Source of the DNA: Chiloscyllium plagiosum
Lineage: Eukaryota
Assembly: GCF_004010195.1 (NCBI RefSeq)
Contig: NC_057720.1
Span: 26,059,056-26,096,444, forward strand
Length of the DNA stretch: 37,389 nucleotides
Reading direction: 5' to 3'
Numbering within the stretch: the first letter of the stretch is position 1; each line of letters starts with the position of its first letter. The notes under the pieces are model-generated. The model was not told the DNA's origin. It made no database searches and saw nothing but the letters and a program-made list of their open reading frames with translations. Below are positions 12,085 to 23,949 of the stretch, piece after piece. Made by a program: the position numbers and the translations under genes.

Positions 12085-12249
12085 ACTGTGAATGGGTTAG
12101 GTAACCAAGGAGATTACAGAGAGCAGGCCAGGACAGAAGAAAAACTGAATAGGTGATAATCAAGAGTTAAGAGTGAGAAAATGGTTGAGCTGTGTTGAAT
12201 GCATTCTATATAGTGTGATAATGGGCCTTGGAGTACATGGGAATGGACA

Positions 12250-12525
12250 ACTATTTGCAGAGGGGAGTGGCTGCAGGCCCGTGGCTAAGGATGTATTGTA
12301 ATTTGGAATTTCAAATTTTATTTCTTATTTACTACTTTGTACTAACAAGACTTGTAACATTGAACTTTAACTTATTTCTTTAGTTTTCTACTCTTTACTT
12401 AAGATCTTGTATGTAGGTACCTTGTACTTAAGATGGCGCCATGAATGGTGACATTGTAACATTTTCACTGTACTCCTGTATCCCTGTACTTGACTACACG
12501 TGACAATAAAATCTAATTCTAATTC
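12250..12525 (+). mobile_element. Non-coding retroelement with a Rex1-like 3' tail
   Basis: Ends TTTTCACTGT...ACACGTGACAATAAAATCTAATTCTAATTC, like the Rex1 tail at 32686-32748. Confidence 0.6.
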
Positions 12526-12584
12526 GAAAACAACTCATCTCATAACCGGAGTGGATTTGGGAGTAAGAAAAAAATGACAGAACG

Positions 12585-12980
12585 ATGAGAGGGGATTTAA
12601 CTGAAACTTACAGAATACTGAATGGCCTGGACAGAGTGAACATTGGGAAAGTGTTTCCATTGGTAGGAGAGACTAGGACCCAAGGGCATGGCCTTAAAGT
12701 AAAGGGAAAACCTGTTAGAACGGTGATAAGGAGAAACTTCTTCAGCCAGAGAGTGGTAAATCTATGGAATTCATTGCCATAGAAGTCTATGGAGGCCAGG
12801 TCACTGAGTATATTCAAGGCAAAGATAAAAACAAGTTCTTAATTGTCAAGGGGATCAATGGTTATGGGGAGGAAGTGGAAGAATGGGGTTGAGAACTGTA
12901 TCAGCCATGATTGAATGGTGGAGCTGACTCAATAGGCTGAATGGCCTAATTTCTGCTTCTGAATTATTGTCTTTTGGTCT
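12585..12980 (+). mobile_element. CR1 LINE 3' end
   Basis: MRGDLTETYRIL.GLDRV...RRNFFSQRVVNLWNSLP, and tail TCAGCCATGATTGAATGG...GGCTGAATGGCCTA. Confidence 0.9.
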
Positions 12981-13386
12981 GATGGAATCAGGCTCTAAAG
13001 TTATTGAACTTGACATTGAGTCCTAGAAGCTGCAGGATCCCCTCCCAGAAAATGAGATGTTGTTCTCTGAACTTGCACTGATGTTGAGGGGTGGGTTAGT
13101 AAATTTGCAGATGACACAAAGGTTGGAGGTGCCATTGATAGTATTGAGGGCTATTGCAGGCTGCAGCATGACATAGACAGGATGCAGAGCTGGACTGAGA
13201 AATGACAGATGGAGTTCAACCTGGATAAATGCGAAATGATGCATTTTGGAAGGTTGAACTTGGATGCTGAATATAGGATTAAAGACAAGATTCTTGGCAG
13301 TGTGGAGGAACAGAGGGATCTTGGTGTTCAAGGACATAGATCCCTCAAAGTTGCCACCCAAGTGGATAGGGTTGTTAAGAAAGCAT

Positions 13387-14513
13387 GAGCTGAAAATGTG
13401 TTGCTGGAAAAGCGCAGCAGGTCAGGCAGCATCCAAGGAACAGGAGAATCAATGTTTCAGGCATAAGCCCTGCTATATCAGACAGTGTGTGTCTCACTGT
13501 GTGATGTGGGTATTATCAGACAGTGTATGTCTCACTGTGTGATGTGGGCTATATCAGACAGTGCGTGTCTCACTGCGTGATGTGGGTTATATCAGACAGT
13601 GTGTGTCTCACTGTGCGATGAGGGTTATATCGGACAGTGTGTGTCTCACTGTGTGATGTGGTTTATATCAGACAGTGTGTGTCTCACTGTGTGATGTGGG
13701 GATTATCAGACAGTGTGTGTCTCAATGTGTGATGTGGGGATTATCAGACAGTGTGTGTCTCACTGTGTGATGTGGGGTATATCGGACAGAGTGTGTCTCA
13801 ATGTTTGATGTGAGGTTTATCAGACAATGCGTGTCTCACTGTGTGATGTGGGGTATATCAGACAGTGCGTTTCTCACCGTGTGATATGGGGTATATCAGA
13901 CAGTGTGTGCCTCAGTGTGTGATGTGGGGTATATCAGACAGTGCGTGTCTCACTGTGTGATGTGGGGTATATCAGACAGTGTGTGTCCCTCTGTATGATG
14001 TGGGGTATATCAGACAGTGTGTGTCTCACTGTGTGATGTGGGGTATATCAGACAGTGCTTGTCTCACTGTGTGATGTGGGGTATATCAGACAGTGCGTGT
14101 CTAACTGTGTGATGTGGGGTATATCGGACAGTGTGTGTCTCACTGTGTGATGTGGGGAATATCGGACAGTGTATGTCTCACTGTGTGATGTGGGCTATAT
14201 CAGACAGTGCGTGTCTCACTGTGTGATGAGGGGTATATCGGACAGTGCGTATCTCACTTTGTGATGTGGGGTATATCAGACAGTGCGTGTCTCACTGTGT
14301 GATGAGGGGTATATCGGACAGTGCGTATCTCACTTTGTGATGTGGGGTATATCAGACAGTGCGTGTCTCACTGTGTGATGAGGGGTATATCGGACAGTGC
14401 GTATCTCACTTTGTGATGTGGGGTATATCCCTGGATGCTGCCTGACCTGCTGCGCTTTTCCAGCAACACATTTTCAGCTCTGATCTCCAGCATCTGCAGT
14501 CCTCACTTTCTCC
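13387..14513. mobile_element. Penelope-derived fold-back element enclosing a minisatellite, 15-bp TSD
   Basis: TSD TTGTTAAGAAAGCAT at 13372-13386 and 14514-14528. ~50-bp perfect inverted arms GAGCTGAAAATGTGTTGCTGGAAAAGCGCAGCAGGTCAGGCAGCATCCA. Confidence 0.85.
13474..14429. repeat. 38-bp minisatellite, ~25 copies
   Basis: Unit TATATCAGACAGTGTGTGTCTCACTGTGTGATGTGGGG. The last ~6 units form a 76-bp dimer repeated three times. Confidence 0.96.
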
Positions 14514-16121
14514 TTGTTAAGAAAGCATATTGTGTTTTGGCTTTCATTAACAGGGGGATTGAGTTTAAGAGCCGTCACGTTTTGCTACAGTCCCTGGTGA
14601 GACCACACTTGGAAGATTGGGTCCAGTTCTGGTTGCCCTATTATAGGAAGGATACAGATGCTTTGGAGAGGGTGCAAAGAAGGTTTACCAGGATGCTGCC
14701 TGGACTGGAGGGCTTGTCTTATGAAGCGAGGTTGAATAAGCTCAGACGTTTCTCTCTGGAGAGAAAGAGGAAGAGAGGTGACGTGACCGAGGTATAGAAG
14801 GTGATCAGAGGCATGGATAGAGTCAAATGCCAGTGACATTTCCCCAGGGCAGGATTGACTGGGACGAGGGGTCATAGTTTTAAGACATTAGGAAAATGGT
14901 ATAGAGGAGACATCTGAGGAAGGTTCTTTATGCAGAGAGTTGTGAATGCATGGAATGTGTTGCCAGCAGTGGTGGTGGAAGCAGAGTCATTAGGAACATT
15001 TAAGTGACAGCTGGAAATGCACATGGACGGCAGTGAATTGAGAGGTTAAGTTATTTTATTTTACATTAGGGTTAATCCTCGGCACAACATTGTGGGCTGA
15101 AGGGCCTGTTCTGTGCTGTACTTTTCTATGTTCTATGTTCTATGATTGAATGGTGGGGCTGAATGGTGTAATTTCTGCTCCTGAATTATGGTCTTATGCT
15201 CTGATGGAATCAGGCTCTAAAGTTATTGAAGTTGACATTGAGTCCTAGAAGCTACAGGATCACCTAACAGAAAATGAGATGCTGTTCTCTGAACTTGCAC
15301 TGAGGCCTGTCGGAACACTGCAGTAGGTCTGTAACATAAATGTTACCATGGGAACACGGGATGTGTTGAAATGGCGGGCAACTAGAAGCTGGGGGTAATT
15401 TTTACAGCTAGAGCAGAGGTATTCTGCAAAGTGGTCACCCAGTCTGTGAGTCACCTTCCTCTTGCTTTCCTCTACATTGGGAGACCAACCACCCCCGGAT
15501 GGACTTCAGCATAAATACCACTTTTCCAAGTTATTAACTATTCTGATGAAGAGTCACCAGATTTGAAACATTAATTCTGCTTTCTTCCCCCAGATGATGC
15601 CAGACCTGCTGAGTTTCTCCAGAAATTTCTGGGTTTTATCATTTGCAATCCTAAACTTCAATCCTAAACTTGTCTTGTTCTTAAGCTTTCTTACAGTTGC
15701 TCGCAACACTGAACATTAGCCACAGACTGTCAGACCAAAGCAAACCTATTGCCTGTCACAATTATTTTAATCTATCCAGAGCCTGCCACAATCCCCGAGG
15801 CTTGTCCACATTCATTTTGCTATTAAATAATCAGGGCAGTCGGAACAATTTACGGAGGCGGTAAATCAACTGGCTGCTTTTGATGATTGTTTTCACTGCA
15901 CTGAGAAAATGTGCTTACTCTTGGGTAACTCTGGATGAAACATTTGACAGGATTTGTGGACTATTCGAATTGGCACTTCTCAACCTGGTGAACAGAAGTT
16001 TCAGGGTCTGTGGACGATTTTTGGAGCACCTGGAGACGGAATTCTTCCAGTTTGGGAGGCAGGAACAAACAGTAGACCAGCTGATACACACAAGATAAGA
16101 GCACAATCGAAAGAGCTCCAT

Positions 16122-16565
16122 GGACAGTCACACAGTGGCTCAGTTGTTAGCACTGCTGCCTCACAGCGCCAGGGACCTGGGTTTGATTTCACCTGTCTGT
16201 GTGATCTGTTTTTGTGGGTTCCCACTTGGTACTCCAGTTTCCTGCCACAGTCCAAAGATGGTTAGAGACAAAAAAAGCTGCACATGCTGGAATCCAAAAT
16301 AGACAAGCAGGAGGCTGGAAGAACACAGCAGGCCAGGCAGCTTCAGGAAGTGGAGAAGCTGACATTTTGGGTGTAACCCTTCCTCAGGACAGGTTACCAG
16401 GATTGGCAATGCTAAATTGCTGAGCGTGTCCAAGAATGTGCAGGCTAGGTGGGTTAGCCATGGAAAATGCAGGATTAGAGGGTAGGGAGTGTGGGATGCT
16501 CTCCAGAGAATTCATGTGAACCTGATGGGCTGAATGGCCTGCTTCCACACTGTAGGGATTCTATG
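16122..16565 (+). mobile_element. HE1-type SINE interrupted by a PLE arm (~16265-16390)
   Basis: tRNA head GTGGCTCAGTTGTTAGCACTGCTGCCTCACAGCGCC, V-domain and tail. The insert carries minus-strand CTGAGGAAGGGTTACACCCAAAATGTC. Confidence 0.8.
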
Positions 16566-17639
16566 GTGTGATGGAGATTACCAGGCATTTTGACTGCTAG
16601 TCACAAAGGCTGATGGTGGCATTAGGTGAGTTTAACTTTGACAGAGGAATCTTTTTCAATATTTTAGTACATACGGTGCACACCCATTTCACTAATAGCT
16701 GTAAGTAGGTATCTGTCTTCTCAAAAGCATTATTAAAATACTATTTATATGCAGCATTTGCATGTTAAGAGCATTATATAGAATTACAATTTAAGTGGGA
16801 GGGTCCATGATCACCTATCCATTTGAAAAGGGATCATTCAAATACAAAGATTAGAGAATTGCTTGAAATGACTGTAAAGCCACCAATCGTCTTTCAGTAA
16901 ACTATTTGTAATGATAAATCACAACAGTAATGTGAAAAAGAGCTGAATAGCCAACAGTATATTCAGAAGATGCATAACGCTAACAGAATTTACATGGCAT
17001 TACCAGTAATTGCCTTTAACGTAATCACCTTGACATCTTATTAGCACACAATGCTCTGGTCCCGAGCTGTAAACAGCAGATTCAGCAAGAGTTCTTGTTT
17101 TCACCCATTTTGTTTGTAGGTCTCTCGAGATCACTGGCAGCAAAATCCACTTGCAACAAATGCTGACAAGGCTAAGTGAAACTTACCGGAAACATTGGGT
17201 CATACTGTGTGAGGAGAATATCCGCTTTTCTGCCATCACAAATAGTTACTGTACCTAGAAATCCTCTTTGCTTCCAATATTTCCTCCTGCTGTCATGTTA
17301 CAAAAGAAAAGAGAAGTCATGTTGAACAAAAAATCTTTCTGCAACTAAGCAAATGCTCTTGTATAAGGCTGATGTTTTGGAGTAATTGTTGCACATTTGC
17401 TTCACAGACAATGATCCTAAGTGATTATACAGAGAAAAGTCACCATACGTGATCCCCCTAGTCTATGATCCCAGCAAAGTACTCCCATATATCTTGGTAC
17501 ACAACTGATTTTCATCAGTTACAAAGTACATGCACAACTCATCATCTACCCTTCATATGGAATCTTGTTTATCCATTTTTCTCTGCTGGTCTCCGTTAAA
17601 TATTTTACCCCTCAATACCACAAATATTTCATACTCTAT

Positions 17640-18527
17640 TTTTAGTCATTTATATAAATGATTTGGATGTCAGAGTAACAGGTATAGTTAGTAAGTTTGC
17701 AGATGACACCAAAATTGGAGGTGTAGTAGACAGTGTAGAAGGTTACCTCAGATTACAACGGGTTTTTGATCAGATGGGCCAATGGGCTGAGAAGTGGCCG
17801 GTACAGTATAATTTAGATAAATGTGAAGTTCTGCATTTTGTGAAAGCAAATCTTAGCAGGACTTATACACTTAATGGTAAGGTCCTGGGGAGTGTTGCTG
17901 AACAAAGAGACCTTGGAATGCAGGTACATAACTCCTTGAAAGTGGAGTCGCACGTAGATAGGATAGTGAAGAAGGCATTGGTTAGGCAACTGTTGGAATA
18001 TTGCATGCAAGTCTGGTCTCCTGCCTATCGGAAGCATGTTTTGAAACTTGAAAGAATTCAGAAAAGATGAACAAGGATGTTGCCAGGGTTTGGGGATTTG
18101 AGCTATAGGGAGAGGTTGAACAGACCTGGGGCTGTTTTCCCTGGAGCGTCGGAAGCTGAGGGGTGACCTTATGGAGGCTTATAAAATCTTGAGGGGCATG
18201 GATAGGATAAATAGACAAGGTCTTTTCCCTGGGGTGGGGAGTCCAGAACTAGAGGGCATAGGTTTAGGGTGAGAGGGGAAAGATATGAAAGAGACCTATG
18301 GAGCAACCTTTTCACACAGAGGGTGGTACATGTATGGAATGAGCTGCCAGAGGAAGTGGTGGAGGCTGGTGCAATTGGACTGGTATATGAATAGGAAGGG
18401 TTTGGAGGGATATGGGCTGGGTGATGGCAGGTGGGACTAGATTGGGTTGGATATCTGGTCGGCATGGACTGGTTGGACCGAAGGATCTATTTCCATACTG
18501 GATGGACATTTCTATGACTCTATGACT
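17640..18527 (+). mobile_element. CR1 (HER1-like) LINE with internal deletions
   Basis: ORF 17663-18070 contains SKFADDTKIGG...KCEVLHF...DLGMQVH. (CTATGACT)n tail. Confidence 0.93.
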
Positions 18528-18859
18528 TTAATCAGCGAAAAAGTGAGATTCCATTGTCATAAAGAATAGCTGTTTGTTACACTCCAATAGAAAAGCTGAT
18601 TTTCCTAAAAATAAATTGCTTCCTTCAATTAATTTTGTCATAAATAAGTGGCTTCATTTTAAATTTTTATTCCAAGACATTGATTGAATTTGGCAGAACT
18701 AGTCCATTCAGGCAGAATAAGGGAATACTGTCTCATAAAAAGTGTGCAAAACAATATATAGAAGGCTGATAATGGAATATGTATTCTTGACATATATAAA
18801 TTATGTAAGGGTGAATAAATATTATCTCCTATATTTTAAAAGGATTTCGCTTATTACAA

Positions 18860-18992
18860 TTCATAAGAGTCAGATTGGACTCGAAATGTTAACGATGTTT
18901 CTCTCTCCACAGATGCTTCAGAACTTCTGAGTTTCTCCAGCATTTTCTGTGCTTGTTACAGATTTCGAGCATCTACAGTATTTTACTTTTGT
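18860..18992 (+). mobile_element. PLE pLTR arm with degenerate hammerhead motif
   Basis: GAGTC-AGATTG-GACTC-GAAATGTTAAC...CTCTCTCCACAGATGCT...CTGAGTTTCTCCAGCA. Similar to 15541-15640 and 21575-21665. Confidence 0.6.
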
Positions 18993-19039
18993 ACTTATCG
19001 TTTTTGTAATCCAGCCTTGTTTTCAGCCACATGTAAGCT

Positions 19040-19450
19040 GTGGAGTAGAGTCGCAGGTAGATAGGATAGTGAAGAAGGAGTTTAGCGTCGGAGGCTGAGG
19101 GGTAATTTTATAGAGATTTATAAAATCATGAGGGGCATGGATAGGGCAAATAGACAAAGTCTCTTCCGGGGGGTGGGGGAGTCCAGAAATAGAGGGTATA
19201 GGTTTAGGGTGAGAGGGAAAGATATAAAAGGGATCGAACAGGCAACATTTTTACACAGAGGGTGGTATGTGTATGGAATGAGCTGCCTTTAAAAGGCATC
19301 TGGATGGATATATGAATAGGAAGGTGTTAGAGGGATATGGGCTAAATGCTGGCAAATGAGACTAGATTGATTAGGATATCTGGTCAGAATAGACTCGTTG
19401 GACCGAAGGGTCTCTTTCCATGTTGTATATATCTATGACTCTATGACTCT
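19040..19450 (+). mobile_element. CR1 (HER1-like) LINE 3' end with internal deletions
   Basis: Paralogous to 17940-18527. Confidence 0.9.
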
Positions 19451-21334
19451 TGGCTTTGCTTATTTATTTTAAAATATAAATATATCTGCATAGAAAGAGG
19501 TGAAATATAACATTTTAGCTCATCTCTAATTGAGTTAAGAGTAACGAACAGTCTCCCTCTTACTTTATCTCTTGTAATGTTATACATATTGGCTGGTCAT
19601 TTGGTTTGACCCTATCTGTAATCTCAACTCCATTTTGGCAATAAATAATGTTTGCAAATTACTCATAAATTATCAACCAAAGCTTATCTTTCTGCAAATT
19701 AGCTAGGCTGAAAGGCAAACAGCAACCAGAGCCTTATAAAAAACTTATTAAACTTATTGAACGTTGTTTGATTTTCAGTCTCCATCTCAGATTTGGAACT
19801 TATGTAATGATATGCTTTTCTGTGATTTTTCACATTTCCAACATTTCACATTTCCAATATTAGCATAATTGTCTTAAAAGTATTGTATTTGGTGACTGGA
19901 GATAATCTAACACTATGCCAATGCATCATAGAAGTATGAATGCTTCTCATGGAATGCATTAAACACAAACCATGATTGCCAAGTAGCCATATTTTAGAAC
20001 TATGAGTAGGTGACATGTTGCCATCCATTGACAATGCCAGTGTAGTTAGTTGAGTAAGTGTTGAATGAAGGTTGGAGTTCCAAATAAGTTCTCACTTATT
20101 TCATCCTTGTGAGGTGAATGAAATAAATACAAAAGATTTGGGTATGGTGAGAGGATAGGAGATTGTTTGAACTCCACGTCATGTGTGTAAAACTGTTTCA
20201 TATCTTGACTTAAGATATTCCTCCTGCCTGCAGATCATATGACTGGAGATCAGAATTGCATGCTATGATCTGGTGGTAATATGGTACGTCTGCATTAATA
20301 ACAGTATTATGGGACTGATTTTAATGTCTAAACTGTACCTGAATAATTTATGTTAGCTCAGGGGACTACTCTTCAGGTACTTTTATTCAGCCGTCATAAT
20401 AATGAGAAAATGACTTTTCTTCTCCCTCCAGCTCTTTTGTTCAATGAGCCTTATATTACTTCCACCAGTATAATGTCCACTCAACTTACTTTGATAAAGG
20501 TCATTAACCATAGGCAAAAGTTACAGGACAACAGCTCTGGAAATTTCTCCCAGAGCTCCCAGTAAAACGCAGGAGCATCCAAACGCAATCTTCACTGTAT
20601 AAGCTTGACCAATAGCATTTTCCACCTGGTATTTCTATTTTCCTATCCGAACACAGAATTATATAACAATCTATGTTTATAAACATTCATACAACGTATT
20701 CTTAACAAGAATTTGCTAGGCTTTTTCACAAGACATTAATTTAAAAAAAAACTAACCATTTATAGCTGTTTATCTTTTCCAATTAAAACATGTTGGACTC
20801 TAAGTTGCTTTTCACTGGGGATCCTGTCAGTTGCAAAATCATTCCAGTAATTGTTTTCTGAATCATCTCTAATTCATTAACGTCCTGTGAAAAAAGGTTA
20901 TACAAATTGCACAGAATATGCAGCCTCAGGAAAAAAAAAGTGAGCTGGGAAAAAATAACCTGCATAGTCAAAAACCAATAGAAAGCATTTCAACAGCTGA
21001 TGAACTTATCTGATAATGTTGATGAATGTTCAATCACCTCACTTGGCCTTTTCTACAGGAAATGGACACCCATTCATTCTACAGAACTGGTTAAAATTTC
21101 CTATTAAAATGCTTAACACTTTACATTTGCTCAAATTAAAATTTGTCTGCGATTTATGAGCTTATCCCTTGAATGTATCCTTTACTTGTTACTTTTTCTT
21201 GCATTAGTAGTTAAGCTGCAATGCCATTCGACTTATGATATTTTAGTGAATGCTTCTTCATTCATACAAAGCACTCTTTATAAACTGCACTCTCTTGGTA
21301 AAGACTGATAGCAACTTACACAATGCTCATTAAC

Positions 21335-21458
21335 ATTTAAGGGCTACGGGGAGAATGCGGGTAAGTAGAGTTGAAATGCCCATCAGCCATGATTGAATGG
21401 CGGAGTGGACTCAATGGGCCGAATGGCCTTACTTCCGCTACTATGTCTTATGGTCTTA
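21335..21458 (+). mobile_element. CR1 3' tail fragment
   Basis: ATCAGCCATGATTGAATGGCGGAGTGGACTCAATGGGCCGAATGGCCTTAC...ATGTCTTATGGTCTTA. Confidence 0.8.
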
Positions 21459-21710
21459 ACATCAGAATGTTAAACAGAGCAAAGCAACAAAACTTGATGA
21501 TAGAAGAAGGTGATTGAAGTTTCACAATGTTCTTAATTTGTTCAACTAAACAATATATTTTTTAAAAAACAAACAGAAGAAACATATTGGACTTGAAACA
21601 TTAACTCTTTTTCTCTCTCCACAGATGCTACCAGGTCCATTGAGTTTCTCCAATACTTTCTGTTGTTAGTTGGTAGCATAGAAAGAGGAATCAGCCATTT
21701 AGCTCCTTGA

Positions 21711-21916
21711 CGAAGGCGAAAGTGAAGACTGCAGATGCTGGAGATTAGAGTCAAGATTCGAGTGTTGCTGGAAAAGCACAGCAGGTCAGGCAGCATCCGA
21801 GAAGCAGTAAAATCAGCCATTCCTGACAAAAGGCTTTTGCCCGAAACATTGATTTTCCTGCTCCTCGGATGCTGCCTGACCAGCTGTGCTTTTCCAGCAC
21901 CACTCGAATCTTGACC
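21711..21916. mobile_element. Penelope-derived fold-back element, 16-bp TSD
   Basis: TSD CCATTTAGCTCCTTGA at 21695-21710 and 21917-21932. ~60-bp inverted arms and a hammerhead-like motif at 21819-21854. Confidence 0.85.
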
Positions 21917-22069
21917 CCATTTAGCTCCTTGAGCCTATTTAAAATGTTTACAGCCAGTCAGTGACTTAGCTCTACACACTCATCTTTGCCCTACATCCAT
22001 TAATGATCTCTGGTTAATGTAAAGCTGTCAAATTTATAGTTAAACGTAAAAAAAAAGGAATAACTACAT

Positions 22070-23290
22070 ACAGAAGAGCAATAGCAAGATCAAGACTAGA
22101 AGCAAGGATGTAAATATTGTGGAAGACTGATTAGAAAGGACAGTGAAGCGTGAATAGCATGGGGAAAAGCACTGCTCAAACTGTAAGAAGATGAATCACT
22201 TTGCATGCAAATGTTTAGCTTGGAAAAATCAAAATAAACCTATAAAAATGGCTGCTGGATAAATGTCAGACAATAATTCTGATGAATCACTCTACATCCT
22301 ACAGCAGGTTGGCATTGTCAAGTCTAAAGGTGATAAATGGTTTGTGACGATTAAATTGATGACTGCAGGCAGAAAGCACCGAGTAAATGTAACATGTCAA
22401 ATAGACACCGGTGTCTCATCCACCATTATGATCTTTGCAGGCCTGTGTGAAGTGGATCAAGATGTTGAACTAAAATGAAGCTCTCAGAGATAAGGCTGAA
22501 GCTATATAATGGAATGATACTCATCTCAAGAATTAAAGCGAAGCTGAGAGCTGAGTGCAATGGGAAGAATGCAGATATGGAGTACCGGGTTAGTAAAATC
22601 TACTCATCTCAGCTGAAGCAAGTCGAAAGTTTGGACCCTACACAAGCCAGAAAAGCTTTGCAGTATTCTGCAGGCCAATAAGCCACTGACTGCTGAACAA
22701 ATCCCAGAAGATTGCAAAAGTCTTGAATATCTTGCAAACTAAAATACAGTGTGATCCCAGCTCAATATTTGCTGAATAGAGTTCCAGCTGGAGTCAATTC
22801 AAACTGAAAGACAAGCTAGAGGAACCGAGGGCCCAAAAAAACCCCAAAGGTTCTGAAAAAATGGACAGCAAGATAAGAAGGCCAAGGAATCACCCTTTCA
22901 GGACCTCGCAGCTGATGATAAATAAGTGAAAACAGAAGAGCCAGCAGCTACAAAAGATCTGAAATAAAAAGGCATGGTTAGAAAAAAACATGAAGAAAAT
23001 GATACAATTAAGCATTTCTGAAGTCAAGCACTTCAGTCATGCACTGACAGAAAAGAGATTACGTCTGAATACTGACATGGTGCTAGCTGTAGCAGGGATG
23101 CAATGACCAACTCATGTGAAGGCAATGTGATGACTTGTGGGATTCATGATCTGTCTGGCAAAATGTTTGCTTCGATTGACATCAGATTGTGAACAATTAC
23201 ACAAGCTCACTGCTGAGCAAGTGCAGCAGCATTGAGGCAGAGAACAAGAAACCAATTTCTTTTGAATCAAAAAATCTAGCAATAACAGTT
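22070..23290 (+). mobile_element. Ty3/Gypsy LTR retrotransposon gag-pol remnant
   Basis: Zinc knuckles CKYCGR.. and CSNCKKMNHFACKC (22105-22215), protease CQIDTG (ORF 22263-22478) and a degenerate RT-connection segment at 23025-23170. Many stops. Confidence 0.8.
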
Positions 23291-23949
23291 CAACATATTT
23301 TGGTCCTCCTACTCTGATCATGAACTCACCTTGGAACTGGTGCTTCCTAAGAAGGCATAACACAGCAGGAATAAGCAGATACAAAGCAAATTGAAAATTT
23401 ATGATACGAAGATAGGTGGAGTTGTGGACAGTGAGGAGGGCTGTTGAGATACAAAGCAAATTGAAAAGAATAACTTTTACTTATTTCATTAAATGGCCTG
23501 AAAGACTTAAAGACAATGGATACAAAGTATGTTCAGAGACTGATGAAAGTACGTCAGACTGGAATTGTCATGGTTTAAGACATGATCAATAATTTCTCTT
23601 TGTTGACCATGTGTGTTGGATACCTTGGGTAACTACAGCATGCATTTTTTGTTTTGTTTCTCTGAGGAAAATGGTTGTGTTTAGAGGAATCCAGCTTGCA
23701 GGAGCCATGTAAATTCCACATTGAATACAAGTGCTTTCATTTAAGTTTGTGGCAGGAATTAGTCACATTACCTGAAACAGAATAGGCCATTTAGTTCCTT
23801 GAACATCCTTTGTTCATGTCTGATCGCAATCTCAGATTGGTTGATCCATCTGATTATTATATCCCTTGATTCGTTTAGACTTCAACAGAACTATCAATCT
23901 CAGCCTTTACAGTAATCAATGTGCGTGGGGATGGGGGCAGAGATCCTCA

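Larger units (their letters stand above)
13082..15141 (+). mobile_element. CR1 LINE, 5'-truncated, interrupted by 13387-14513
   Basis: SKFADDTKVGG (~13100), LVRPHLE..VQFW...RVQRRFTRMLPGL (14590-14710) and a (TTCTATG)n tail. Confidence 0.92.
11675..15640 (-). mobile_element. Penelope-like element (GIY-YIG C-terminus plus pLTRs) broken by nested insertions
   Basis: Minus-strand RLGDHFAEYL...LLVARHFN (15260-15454) and REQHLIF...GLNVNFNNFR (15213-15300). pLTR arm at 11675-11980, inverted arm with hammerhead motif at 15541-15640. Confidence 0.75.

Noticed and set aside
13474..14429. CRISPR-like array or V(D)J recombination signal array (CACTGTG heptamer in most units)
   Set aside because: Units are contiguous with no unique spacers and no cas genes. 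There is no nonamer at 12/23 spacing and no V/D/J segments.
20490..20642. Selenoprotein call from the in-frame TGA
   Set aside because: No recognisable selenoprotein motif or SECIS element, and the exon itself is unverified.
22263..22681. Domesticated retroviral-type protease gene
   Set aside because: The surrounding gag-pol has multiple stops and frameshifts, consistent with neutral decay.
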